A stretch of DNA of 61,381 nt, counting the filler, from Candidatus Coatesbacteria bacterium (GTDB lineage: Bacteria; JAFGND01): NCBI GenBank assembly GCA_016927185.1. It is 3 parts of 3 records of this genome, joined end to end, with 100 filler letters (N's around TTAATTAATTAA, not from the genome) between each part and the next. Parts side by side here need not be neighbours in the genome. Positions count along the whole stretch, not along the records: positions 1 to 23,102 come from JAFGND010000061.1; 2 more parts are not named here. One strand, 5' to 3'. This document shows, one piece after another, positions 1-9,285 of this stretch. The position numbers and the translations under genes are program-made. Each line of letters starts with the position of its first letter. Within the stretch, counting starts at the first letter, position 1. Under the pieces are notes generated by a model. It had not been told where the DNA came from and made no database searches. It saw only the letters and a program-made list of their open reading frames with translations.

Positions 1-45
1 GTTTTTGTATTTTGCTTCAAACTGTAATTCTCTCCTGTTTTCCAT
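1..45 (-). CDS. 5' end of a hypothetical gene running off the window (MENRRELQFEAKYKN...)
   Basis: ATG at 45, open to the window edge, co-oriented with 104..583; only 15 codons visible. Confidence 0.35.
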   Translation of the reverse strand, partial: MENRRELQFEAKYKN

Positions 46-103
46 CTTTCGAAGTTGAATGAGAAAAGCTGTTGAGATATTAATAGCAAAATGATAAAGT
101 ATT

Positions 104-583
104 TTAGCGCATGAATATTCGCCAATTCTTACCAACTTTTATGAATGCATTAACTTCAATCTTTCTTATTTCTCCACCATTCCAGAAAATTATGCATGGA
201 TCTCTTATAATAAGTATATCATTACTATTACTATAATTATGCTTTTTAAGTTTTCTTGGTTTCCTTGATAAACTATATCTTATAAATTTGATTTTTGATG
301 ACTTAAGCTTTATATTTCGCAGTTTTGTCCAATTCTTCTCCACCAGTGATTTTAAATATTCTTTTTTATCCTGGTAAGCATGATTAGGATCAATAATCTT
401 GTATTCATAGTAACTTAAAAAAACTTCTTCAAATTTGCTTCTTTTCTTTGATTTCAGACAATCTATAAATTTCTTGGATATTGCCTTGATTTCTTCTTTA
501 TCAGAATTTGTTAAATAAGCTTCAGCTGAATGGGAAATAGTACTTAGAACTATCAACAAAAAGAAGCAAATTACTTTCTTCAT
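104..583 (-). CDS. Hypothetical secreted protein
   Basis: 159-aa ORF, signal peptide MKKVICFFLLIVLSTISHSA, GGAG upstream. Confidence 0.7.
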   Translation of the reverse strand: MKKVICFFLLIVLSTISHSAEAYLTNSDKEEIKAISKKFIDCLKSKKRSKFEEVFLSYYEYKIIDPNHAYQDKKEYLKSLVEKNWTKLRNIKLKSSKIKFIRYSLSRKPRKLKKHNYSNSNDILIIRDPCIIFWNGGEIRKIEVNAFIKVGKNWRIFMR

Positions 584-704
584 CTATCAATACTCCATAT
601 ACTTTTTCTAAATATCTCTAATCCCTGATTCTGCTTCTCAAGCAAGTATGCTAATTAAGGCATGATATATTAAACAAGAAAAAAAAGGCAAGCCTTTTAA
701 ATTA

Positions 705-2603
705 TTATAAGTTTTTTACTTTTCTTATAAACCAGATTGATATCAGAAGAGTAAGAATAATTATTGTTATATAGAGCCTTGGTGATAAATCAACAATTTT
801 CTTGGAACTACGTGTTTCCAGTTTATAATCAAGTATTTTATCAAGCATAATTTCAGCATTCTCTATATTAAAATAGTTTTCACCAGCGAGATTCCTCAGT
901 TTAATTGAATTTAATCCAAGATCCCTTTTTTCATCATGTTTAGATAGAACATCTATTTTATAAGATGCTTTGGTAATTTCTTTGCCTGAGTCTCTGGCTG
1001 TGAAATTTATGTTTTTTTGACCTTCATCCAATAGTAAATTAAGGATATAGACCCCCTGATTTTTTCCAGAAAGGATATATTTACTCTCATCTATTCTTGC
1101 CTCAATTTCTGTCAATTTAACAAGGCTGCCTTTTCTATCAGTTAAACTGACACTTATCTGAAAATTTTCGTTTGCTGAGGGATTATTTGGAATACTTTCA
1201 AAATGCCATTTGTACGGGTGATAAGGTTTCATTAACCATTTTACTATATTATTTGATATTTGTTCATATGCTTCATTATACTCATTCATTTGAAGCAACC
1301 AGATATCCTGTACATTAAATAAAACCATCAATGCATCCGTCTTTTCCATACCTAACAGAACAGGTATATTGCCTACATTTATTAAGGGAGTCCAGTTTCT
1401 TGGAATACTGGATGAAGCTGTGAAAGTTATGTTTGCAGCTTTTGGGAATATAAAATCATCCATTTCAAACTGACTAAGTGAATTTTTATTGCTTATTGTA
1501 CCATTAAGAATTTCTGAACCTTTTGTAGGCCAGATGAAAATTTTAGAAAATAAAAAATCATTCACCGGCAAAGATTCCAAATTTCCAAAGTAAATAGCTG
1601 ACATTGTTTCCTTGTTTATTTTCGAATTATTTCGTTGCATTAAATCGATAATCTCATATTCAATAGAGTTTCTTTTCAAATATCTTATAAAGAAAGTAGT
1701 TTCCCATGTCAATTCCTTGAAAGCAACTATTATTGTATTCTTGTTTAGACCTCTGTTGATTGTAAACTTCCTCGTATCGTTCAGATCATCACTTGAGATT
1801 CTTATTATATAGTTATTAATACCTTTTTGCGGCGCAAATACCCAGGAAATATGTTTTTGAAAACCAGATCTGGATTCAATTATCTCTTCTTTTATTGATT
1901 GATTATTTTCTAAAACATTAAAATCAACCTTGTTTAGTCCATTAGTATAATAATTTATGATTATTGGAATTTTTTCTTCGTTTTCAATATTTTCAGGATA
2001 TTTTATAGAGATTATCTGAAGACTCTTTGGTGGTTCCTTTCCTATTCCAAGAGCAAAAATCTTGTTTTTAAAAAATTTATAGTTTAAGCTACTATTAGCA
2101 TCTTCAATCCATCCATCAGAAATAACTAGAACAAATTTTGAATGTATTTTTTTTTGCTCAAGTAAGCCAAGAGATTCTTCCAGTCTGCTATGCATATCTT
2201 CTAATTTTTGCAGGGATTTTATTGATCTCAATGAATCTCCGAAAGCAAACATCATTATATCATATTTTTGGCTTAGCTCACTGAATTTTTTGCTTTTCAA
2301 TAAATTCTCTAATGATTGCTTTTTAAAGAAATTTTCCTTACTAAGATTCATTGATAATGAATGATCTATAAGTACAATGAGAGGTTCTTTGATATATTCC
2401 TTCTTTTCAGTAAGAATAGAAGGCGTAAAGATAGACATAATCAATGCCAGGATAATAAGCAAATAACTCACTAAAATGAATTTTTTCCATTTTCTCATAA
2501 GATGCTTTGTTTTACTCCATATCAGAGTGAAAAGTAATAGCAGAAGCAAGAGAAAAAGTACACTGAAAATTATCTTGTAGGTACTAAGTGGAATAATCAA
2601 CAT
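705..2603 (-). CDS. Membrane-anchored VWA (MIDAS) domain protein
   Basis: N-terminal TM helices, DHSLS (DxSxS) and ISDG motifs, C-terminal TM; start moved from 2837 to ATG 2603 to avoid overlap with the divergent lipid kinase. Confidence 0.7.
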   Translation of the reverse strand: MLIIPLSTYKIIFSVLFLLLLLLLFTLIWSKTKHLMRKWKKFILVSYLLIILALIMSIFTPSILTEKKEYIKEPLIVLIDHSLSMNLSKENFFKKQSLENLLKSKKFSELSQKYDIMMFAFGDSLRSIKSLQKLEDMHSRLEESLGLLEQKKIHSKFVLVISDGWIEDANSSLNYKFFKNKIFALGIGKEPPKSLQIISIKYPENIENEEKIPIIINYYTNGLNKVDFNVLENNQSIKEEIIESRSGFQKHISWVFAPQKGINNYIIRISSDDLNDTRKFTINRGLNKNTIIVAFKELTWETTFFIRYLKRNSIEYEIIDLMQRNNSKINKETMSAIYFGNLESLPVNDFLFSKIFIWPTKGSEILNGTISNKNSLSQFEMDDFIFPKAANITFTASSSIPRNWTPLINVGNIPVLLGMEKTDALMVLFNVQDIWLLQMNEYNEAYEQISNNIVKWLMKPYHPYKWHFESIPNNPSANENFQISVSLTDRKGSLVKLTEIEARIDESKYILSGKNQGVYILNLLLDEGQKNINFTARDSGKEITKASYKIDVLSKHDEKRDLGLNSIKLRNLAGENYFNIENAEIMLDKILDYKLETRSSKKIVDLSPRLYITIIILTLLISIWFIRKVKNL

Positions 2604-2670
2604 AACATTATATTCTTCAAATTTTATGTTTTTTGACAAGTAATTTATAACAATTTCAAAGATGCCAGTC

Positions 2671-2676
2671 TTGACA
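2671..2676 (+). promoter_or_regulatory. -35 hexamer, 31 nt before GTG 2707
   Basis: CTTGACA, no SD. Confidence 0.6.
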
Positions 2677-2706
2677 AGAATATTATTATAACAAGAGATT
2701 GGCATT

Positions 2707-3603
2707 GTGACTGATAAAGAATGGGAACCATGTTTTATTATTAATGCACATGCTGGACTGGGTTTTGGCAAGTGGATACTAGAGAGACTCAAGAAGGAAT
2801 GCAAGAAAGAGAAAATCAGATTCAGGATATACCACACTCACAAGCCTGGTGAAGAAACTGAGCTTACAAAGAAAGCAATAGATGCAAATTACTCTCCAAT
2901 AATTGCTGTAGGAGGAGATGGAACTGTTAGCAAGGTTGGTTTAGCACTAGCTGGAACAAAGGTGCCATTAGGTATTATACCTGCCGGAACAGGTAATGGT
3001 TTGGCAATTGAGATGGGAATGCCAATCGATGCAATACTTGCATATAGAGCACTTAAAAAAGCAGGAGAGATTGATATAGATATAGGGATAGTCAATAATA
3101 GAACATTTATTAATATCTTTGGAATTGGTTTGGATGCAGTTATCGTTAGTGAGTTTTCAAAGTTCAAAGGAATAGAACGTAATTTTTTTCAATATGTGGC
3201 GGAGACTCTCAAGCAATTTTCTCAATCAGAAGGTTTTGAAGCTAATGTTTCAGGAATAAGCTTCCCTGAGAATAGAAAACATATATCTATCATGTTAGTA
3301 AACAATAGAAGACTAGGAGGTGCTGCAGTTATAGCACCCTGGGCTTCTTTGTATGATGGTTTTCTTGATTTGATATCAATTCCAAAACTTGCTTTCCACG
3401 AAGGGATACAAGAGATGGTTAGACTCATAACTTCTACATTAAATAAATCTAATAGTCTCCTGAACTTCTCTGTTAAAGAAGGTGTCATAATAACAGAAAA
3501 ACCACTTCGATACCAGATTGACGGAGAAACAATGCCCGACAAGAAAAATGAATTTATATTCGATGTTAAAAAAAGGTGTCTGAGAATACTAAGATGCAAA
3601 TAA
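2707..3603 (+). CDS. Diacylglycerol kinase family lipid kinase (YegS/DagK-like)
   Basis: GGDGT, IPAGTGN, QIDGE motifs. Confidence 0.9.
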   Translation: MTDKEWEPCFIINAHAGLGFGKWILERLKKECKKEKIRFRIYHTHKPGEETELTKKAIDANYSPIIAVGGDGTVSKVGLALAGTKVPLGIIPAGTGNGLAIEMGMPIDAILAYRALKKAGEIDIDIGIVNNRTFINIFGIGLDAVIVSEFSKFKGIERNFFQYVAETLKQFSQSEGFEANVSGISFPENRKHISIMLVNNRRLGGAAVIAPWASLYDGFLDLISIPKLAFHEGIQEMVRLITSTLNKSNSLLNFSVKEGVIITEKPLRYQIDGETMPDKKNEFIFDVKKRCLRILRCK

Positions 3604-3610
3604 ATATAAG

Positions 3611-4510
3611 CTAATTTGTATTTTTTTTGTAGTCCCTGATTAAATTATCCAATGTATGATTTATTTCAGCTCCCATTATGAATATTCCATTAGAAATATA
3701 AAGCCAAACTAGAAAAATAATCAAACCAGCTAATGAACCATAAGTCTTCTCATATAATCCAAAGTGCTGCAGATACAAGGAAAATGCACCTGTAGATATT
3801 ACCCAGGCTGTTGCAGAGCAGGCAGCACCTGGTAATTGAGTAAACCATGAAGAAGGTTTAGGAAGAGAAATATGATAAATAGTGGAAAGAAGAATTATCA
3901 AACCTACTACTGAAGTGAAAATTCTTAATTTACCTAACAGAAATGTTATCCCTTTTGGAACTTCAATATATACATTTAATAACTTAAGTATTATTGGGCC
4001 TAAAATCATAAGAGCAGAAAATGCAACCAGAAAAACTCCTGTGAAAACAAACAGCATGAAGTGAATGAATAGATCTCTCCATAAAGGTCTTACTGATAAT
4101 CCATATGCTTTTGCAATACCTTTCCCTATAGCGCAGAAATATACAGTTCCAAACCAGAAAAATGCAAATATACTTACGCTAATAATTGTTTTAACTGGAA
4201 TATTAACAAAATTTTCAAGATAACTTTGAATAATCGTTATTGAATTAGGTAAAAGGAATCTTCTTAGTAATTCCATCAATTCATCCACAAGATTGTATTT
4301 ATGGCTGGACTGAGAGAGAAGAGAAACCATAACCATCAAGAATGGAAAAAAAGAAAGTATTGCTCTGTATGCTCCTTCTGCTGCTGTTCCAGGTACGTCA
4401 TGTTTAAAACTTGAATTGAAAAGATCCCTAATAAACTTGATAGATAGATCTATTATTGTTGTTAGATATTTTTTTATCTGCTGATATCTCATATATAATT
4501 CAACAAACAT
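3611..4510 (-). CDS. YihY/BrkB family membrane protein
   Basis: LSFFPFL and TYGSLAGLIIFLVWLY...GAEIN motifs, multiple TMs; start may be 4492. Confidence 0.88.
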   Translation of the reverse strand: MFVELYMRYQQIKKYLTTIIDLSIKFIRDLFNSSFKHDVPGTAAEGAYRAILSFFPFLMVMVSLLSQSSHKYNLVDELMELLRRFLLPNSITIIQSYLENFVNIPVKTIISVSIFAFFWFGTVYFCAIGKGIAKAYGLSVRPLWRDLFIHFMLFVFTGVFLVAFSALMILGPIILKLLNVYIEVPKGITFLLGKLRIFTSVVGLIILLSTIYHISLPKPSSWFTQLPGAACSATAWVISTGAFSLYLQHFGLYEKTYGSLAGLIIFLVWLYISNGIFIMGAEINHTLDNLIRDYKKNTN

Positions 4511-4620
4511 ATATTAAGAATTGTTTGGTCAAGCAAAAATTTGTAGATAAAAAAACACTTGCTAATTTAAGAGTTGTTTGGGAGAAGGAAATTACTATGA
4601 TTTATTGAATAAGGAGTTTT

Positions 4621-5373
4621 ATGCCTGACGAATATGTCGATGATTTTACATATGAAGATGAAAGTAATACCAAGGATGATAAGACACATATGATTTATGA
4701 AGATTATAAGCTGCTGAAAGATGATTTTTTGCTAGTTCAATCTTTTGTTAAGAAGAATATTGAAATATTTGGAGACAATTTACCAAATTCAATATCTAAA
4801 ATCCTTGAACATGTCCCTCCATCTTGGGAAGAATCTGACATTGATCAGTTTAATCGTCCTTTAGTATGTGGTAATCAGATGGAATTCCACTCTATACTTC
4901 AAAGAAATATTCAGCAATTTCAGAGAACAAGAAAGCATTTTGCCTTGATGTTGATAGGAGTTAATCTAACTCATGAGCAAACGGATCTGATTGAACTTAG
5001 AAAAAGTGAAATAGCGAAGAAAATTGGAATCTCAATAAGAGAACACATTAGAGAATCCGATCTTGTTTTTCATCTTGAAAGATTTGAGTTTTCGCTTATA
5101 CTTCCCAAGATCAGGAGAATTGGTGCCAGGATTGTTGCTGAGAAAATGAGATTTTTGCTGAAAGAAGAAATGGCTGATGAATTCCCTCAGGGAACGTATA
5201 TTGATGTCAGTATTGGGATTGGACTCTTTGATAACCACTGGGCAATGGTTTCGGAGAAATTTCTCCCTGAGGTCTATAAGACTTTAAACAAGGCAAGGGA
5301 ATCTGATGGGGATCAGATACTAATTACTCCAATATTTATTCCAACTCTAAGAAATAATGCCACTGAGAAGTGA
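4621..5373 (+). CDS. Degenerate GGDEF-domain protein with intact I-site
   Basis: RESD-LVFHL-ERFEF in place of RxxD-x5-GGDEF; VSIGIG; AAGGAG SD. Confidence 0.75.
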   Translation: MPDEYVDDFTYEDESNTKDDKTHMIYEDYKLLKDDFLLVQSFVKKNIEIFGDNLPNSISKILEHVPPSWEESDIDQFNRPLVCGNQMEFHSILQRNIQQFQRTRKHFALMLIGVNLTHEQTDLIELRKSEIAKKIGISIREHIRESDLVFHLERFEFSLILPKIRRIGARIVAEKMRFLLKEEMADEFPQGTYIDVSIGIGLFDNHWAMVSEKFLPEVYKTLNKARESDGDQILITPIFIPTLRNNATEK

Positions 5374-5917
5374 TGAAGAATTGATGGAAGCTGTTAAAAA
5401 AGGAGATTTTAAAGCTTTCTCTATACTTTTCAATCGATATAGCCAGAAAATATCAAATCTATCATTTAGGTTTAGTGGTCAGAAGGATTTTGCAGAGGAG
5501 ATTGTCCAAGAAACTTTTATAAGGATTTGGGAAAAAGCTGATCTTTTCAAAAAGGGTTATAGGTTTTCTTCCTGGATATATAGAATAGCACTTAATTTAT
5601 GTATAAACCAGCAGAAAGAAACGAATATTTTTCAATCTCTTAATATAAACGATGACATTGAAATTGAACTGCCAGCAGGAGAAAAAGATATAAGCGAACA
5701 ACTGATTATAAAAGAAGAATATGAAATGCTTCAGGCTGCGTTAATGAAATTACCCGATAAACAGAGAATGGCTTTACTTCTGGCAAGGGAGGAGGGATAT
5801 TCTTATATTGAAATAGGAAAACTTCTTGGTTTATCAATTTCATCTGTAGAATCACTTATATATAGAGCCAGGAAGAAACTTATAGAAATGCTATCAGGAA
5901 AAATTGAGGGATTATGA
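5357..5917 (+). CDS. ECF-type RNA polymerase sigma factor
   Basis: AEEIVQETF, FSSWIYRIALN, YSYIEIG...SVESLIYRAR (regions 2 and 4). Confidence 0.93.
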   Translation: MPLRSDEELMEAVKKGDFKAFSILFNRYSQKISNLSFRFSGQKDFAEEIVQETFIRIWEKADLFKKGYRFSSWIYRIALNLCINQQKETNIFQSLNINDDIEIELPAGEKDISEQLIIKEEYEMLQAALMKLPDKQRMALLLAREEGYSYIEIGKLLGLSISSVESLIYRARKKLIEMLSGKIEGL

Positions 5918-5951
5918 TTAAAAAGTCCGATTATATATAATGGAGGTTAAC

Positions 5952-6326
5952 ATGAAAATAATCGAAGGAATAATTATATTGATGCTATTGCCTGTTTTTG
6001 TTTTTTGCATGGGGAAAGCACCTGATCCAGATGAATGGCTTGTAGAACAAAGAGAGTTAGGAGGTTTCAGGCTTGATAAACCCAGTAATCCAAGAGTCAA
6101 GGAAGCTGCGAAATTTGCAGTAGAAACATTGGCAGGAGAGATTTCAAAGAAAGTAGAGTTGATTAAGGTTCACAAAGTATACTCTCAATTAGTTTCGGGA
6201 ATGAATTATAGAATGCTCATGGAATTAAAAGTTGATGGAAATAAAGAATACTGGATTTTACAGGTTTATTGGGATCTTCAGGATAACAAAAAACTTACTG
6301 AGAAAGAACCTTGGGAAGGTAATTAG
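5952..6326 (+). CDS. Exported cystatin-like protein
   Basis: Signal peptide, LGG, AAKFAV helix, QLVSGMNY (QxVxG); GGAGG SD before ATG 5952. Confidence 0.78.
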   Translation: MKIIEGIIILMLLPVFVFCMGKAPDPDEWLVEQRELGGFRLDKPSNPRVKEAAKFAVETLAGEISKKVELIKVHKVYSQLVSGMNYRMLMELKVDGNKEYWILQVYWDLQDNKKLTEKEPWEGN

Positions 6327-6348
6327 TAAAAACTCGTTTCCATATTTA

Positions 6349-7401
6349 CTAGTTTTTCATTACAAGTTTTATAATTTGCTTTGGAATATCAGTTAAGGGT
6401 AGGTGAAAATCAGATAATCCTGCTTCATTGACTGCTTTTGGCATTCCATAAACAACACATGATTCTTCCGTTTCAGTGATAATAATTGATTTTTTATCCT
6501 TCATCTGATATGCTCCTCTTAAGCCATCATTTCCCATTCCAGTAAGGATAACAGCAATAGAGTTTCCAGGAAAATAATCAGCAACACTCTCAAAAAGTAT
6601 GTCTACAGAAGGAACATGAGGAATATCTGCTGGATATTCGCTTAGTTTCGTAACATAATACCCTTGCTCTCTTTTAACAAGCATATGTGCATATCCTGGA
6701 GCTATATAAGCATATTTAGGTTCTATTCTCATTCCATCTTCAGCTTCTATTACCTTTATATTTGATAGTCCATTCAATCTTGAAGCAAGATTTTTCGTGA
6801 ATCCTGGTGGCATATGCTGGACTATAAGAATGGGGACAGGAAAGTTATCTGGAAACTGAGGAAGGAATGACTGGAGAGCTATTGGACCTCCTGTTGAAGT
6901 ACCAATTGCTATCAACTTGAATATGGATTTTGCATGAGTAGGCAGATTGTATATTCTGGGTCTCTGAGTCCTTTGATTTATGATCCTTTTAAAATGTGGT
7001 TTTAGACCTATTTTAGCTATATACTTGATTTTTTCTATAAGCTGTTTCTGTATTTTGATTATTTCAGCTGAAATAAACGAAATCTCTTTAGGTACAAAAT
7101 CTATTGCTCCTATTTGAAGAGCATCAAGTGTTATTTGAGCTCCTTCACTAGCAAGAGATGAGACAATAATTACTGGTGTTGGACATTCAATCATTATCTG
7201 TTTAAGAATGGAAAGACCATCCATTCCACGCATATCAAGATCCAGAGTTATAATGTCTGGTTTCAGTTCTTTTGTTTTCTTAAGGGTTGTTTCTCCATCA
7301 TGAGCAGTTCCTATTACCTTTATTTCAGGATCTGTTTCCAGCATTCTTGATAAGGCTTTTCTTATGAAAGCACTATCATCAACAACAAGAACTTTAATCA
7401 T
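6349..7401 (-). CDS. cheB: Chemotaxis response regulator protein-glutamate methylesterase
   Basis: Receiver VVDDS/TLD; catalytic GTSTGGP, QHMP, GMGNDG. Confidence 0.95.
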   Translation of the reverse strand: MIKVLVVDDSAFIRKALSRMLETDPEIKVIGTAHDGETTLKKTKELKPDIITLDLDMRGMDGLSILKQIMIECPTPVIIVSSLASEGAQITLDALQIGAIDFVPKEISFISAEIIKIQKQLIEKIKYIAKIGLKPHFKRIINQRTQRPRIYNLPTHAKSIFKLIAIGTSTGGPIALQSFLPQFPDNFPVPILIVQHMPPGFTKNLASRLNGLSNIKVIEAEDGMRIEPKYAYIAPGYAHMLVKREQGYYVTKLSEYPADIPHVPSVDILFESVADYFPGNSIAVILTGMGNDGLRGAYQMKDKKSIIITETEESCVVYGMPKAVNEAGLSDFHLPLTDIPKQIIKLVMKN

Positions 7402-7404
7402 TAT

Positions 7405-8412
7405 TTAATGCAATACCTTAACAACCTGACCATCTTTCAAAGAATTATTATGTCCATCAATAATAACAGTTCCTATTTGATAACTACTTGTGTAAATATT
7501 ATTCTGGTCTTCATCCATTATTTTGACTTTTTCCTTGAAAGATTGCATATCTTTTATTATCCAGACATATCCATCAAGAAGGAGATATTTTGGTATAGCA
7601 ACTAATTCAAGTTTTTTTACAGATAATGGTACTTTAACAATCATTCCAGATTTCAGTCTTCTTCCCTCTACTTCAAAAATTGCCTTATAAAATCCTGCTT
7701 CTTTATGAACCAGTGTAATTGTTCCCTGAAATTCCTCATCATTTTTTATTATATTTACGGCATCTCCTTCGTTGTAATTAGTTGCATCTTGTTCACTTAA
7801 TTCAATACTTCCTGTCAATGTTGTATTATCTTCTATTATGAAAAGTTTATCTCCCTTAACTATAACCTGACCTGGCTGCTTATAAATACCAGTAATCTCT
7901 CCCTTTATTGGGCTCAGTATTTGTCCTGATTTTATTTCAAGTTCAAGATCTTGAAGATCTGACTTTTTTTCATTTATTTCTTTTATCAAAGCATCTATCT
8001 CATTTTGCATATCTCTGCTTTGATCTCCAACTCCGTATTTTTTTACTATCTGAACCAGTTGCTGTTGAAAAGATGTCAATTCACTTTGCATTCTTTCTAT
8101 TTCTGATTTGGTTTTTTCGAAATTTGCTTTTACCAGTGCATTATCAAGCTCTCCCAGCAAAGCACCCTTTTTAACTCTAGTACCCAGTTTAACAGTTATT
8201 TCATTTATTTTTCCGCCGATAGGAGATTCTATGGTGGCTATATGTAAAGATCTTAACAATGATTCAGCATATATCGGGATTTTTCTTGAAGAAATTGACT
8301 TTATAACGAAGTCTGGTTTGATTTCCTTAATATTTGTTTTTTCATCAGTCTTGTTTTTCTTGCCACATGATAAAATCAGGCAAGCAAGAATCAATAAAAG
8401 AAATTTAAACAT
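7405..8412 (-). CDS. Efflux periplasmic adaptor (MFP) lipoprotein
   Basis: Lipobox LILSC, SPIGGKI...VKKG and SPIKGEI lipoyl halves around a coiled coil, LKSGM. Confidence 0.82.
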   Translation of the reverse strand: MFKFLLLILACLILSCGKKNKTDEKTNIKEIKPDFVIKSISSRKIPIYAESLLRSLHIATIESPIGGKINEITVKLGTRVKKGALLGELDNALVKANFEKTKSEIERMQSELTSFQQQLVQIVKKYGVGDQSRDMQNEIDALIKEINEKKSDLQDLELEIKSGQILSPIKGEITGIYKQPGQVIVKGDKLFIIEDNTTLTGSIELSEQDATNYNEGDAVNIIKNDEEFQGTITLVHKEAGFYKAIFEVEGRRLKSGMIVKVPLSVKKLELVAIPKYLLLDGYVWIIKDMQSFKEKVKIMDEDQNNIYTSSYQIGTVIIDGHNNSLKDGQVVKVLH

Positions 8413-8413
8413 T

Positions 8414-8605
8414 CTAATCCTTTACTTCCTTATAATCACCATCTTCAATTTTGCATTTGTCTATTTCTATCGAATAGATTTCATTTCTGTTCGGATTTTT
8501 TTCATTATTTAATTTATTGTTTTTACTGGAAAACAAATATCTTAATATGTTGATAATCATGAATATAGCTATTATGGATATAAGTTTTAAAACAAAATTA
8601 AGCAT
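8414..8605 (-). CDS. Small membrane hypothetical protein
   Basis: One TM, C-terminal IEDGDYKEVK; abuts the MFP gene; ATG 8605 preferred. Confidence 0.6.
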   Translation of the reverse strand: MLNFVLKLISIIAIFMIINILRYLFSSKNNKLNNEKNPNRNEIYSIEIDKCKIEDGDYKEVKD

Positions 8606-8634
8606 ATTCCCAAACACTACCAAACATTATGGAC

Positions 8635-8640
8635 GGTCAA
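8635..8640 (-). promoter_or_regulatory. -35 hexamer, 30 nt before ATG 8605
   Basis: CTTGACC. Confidence 0.5.
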
Positions 8641-8758
8641 GAAAAAACTTGAGATGAAATTGTAAAAAAACTTCAAAATACTAAAAGGTGTTTACAAAAA
8701 GATATGATTTATGAAATCAGCTCTTTTGTAAATTGTTTATATTTGGAGAGGAGTTTTT

Positions 8759-9277
8759 ATGGATAAGAAACTTGCAAAAATGATAAGAGATGTTCCTGAT
8801 TTCCCTAAAGAAGGGATTGTTTTCAAGGATATTACAACCCTATTAAAAGAAGCAAATGGTTTGAGATCATCGGTTGATCTTTTAAATGAGTACTTCAAAG
8901 ATTTAAAGATTGATTTGATAGCAGGCATTGAATCAAGAGGATTTATATTCGGAACACCTTTAGCATACAATCTGGGAGTAGGATTTATTCCCATAAGAAA
9001 ACCTGGAAAACTTCCTGCAGAAACCTTTTCTCAAGAATATGCATTAGAATATGGAACAGACAGAATAGAAATGCACAAAGATGCAGTGAGAGAAGGGCAA
9101 TCTGTTTTAATAGTAGATGATTTGCTTGCAACAGGTGGAACTGCTGAAGCAGCTGCTAAATTAATAGAAAATTGTGGAGGCAAGGTAGCAGGCTTTGGTT
9201 TTATAATAGAACTGACTTTCCTGAATGGGATAAACAAACTAAAAGGTTATAATGTAAAATCACTGATAAAATATTAG
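8759..9277 (+). CDS. apt: Adenine phosphoribosyltransferase
   Basis: [36 protein letters not shown]. Confidence 0.97.
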   Translation: MDKKLAKMIRDVPDFPKEGIVFKDITTLLKEANGLRSSVDLLNEYFKDLKIDLIAGIESRGFIFGTPLAYNLGVGFIPIRKPGKLPAETFSQEYALEYGTDRIEMHKDAVREGQSVLIVDDLLATGGTAEAAAKLIENCGGKVAGFGFIIELTFLNGINKLKGYNVKSLIKY

Positions 9278-9285
9278 GAGTTATC

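Noticed and set aside
2604-2837. N-terminal extension of the 710-aa ORF, and similar extensions at 24858, 52714, 42774, 33020, 28366, 17810
   Set aside because: They overlap divergent genes or promoters; downstream starts fit SD or promoter position and family N-termini better
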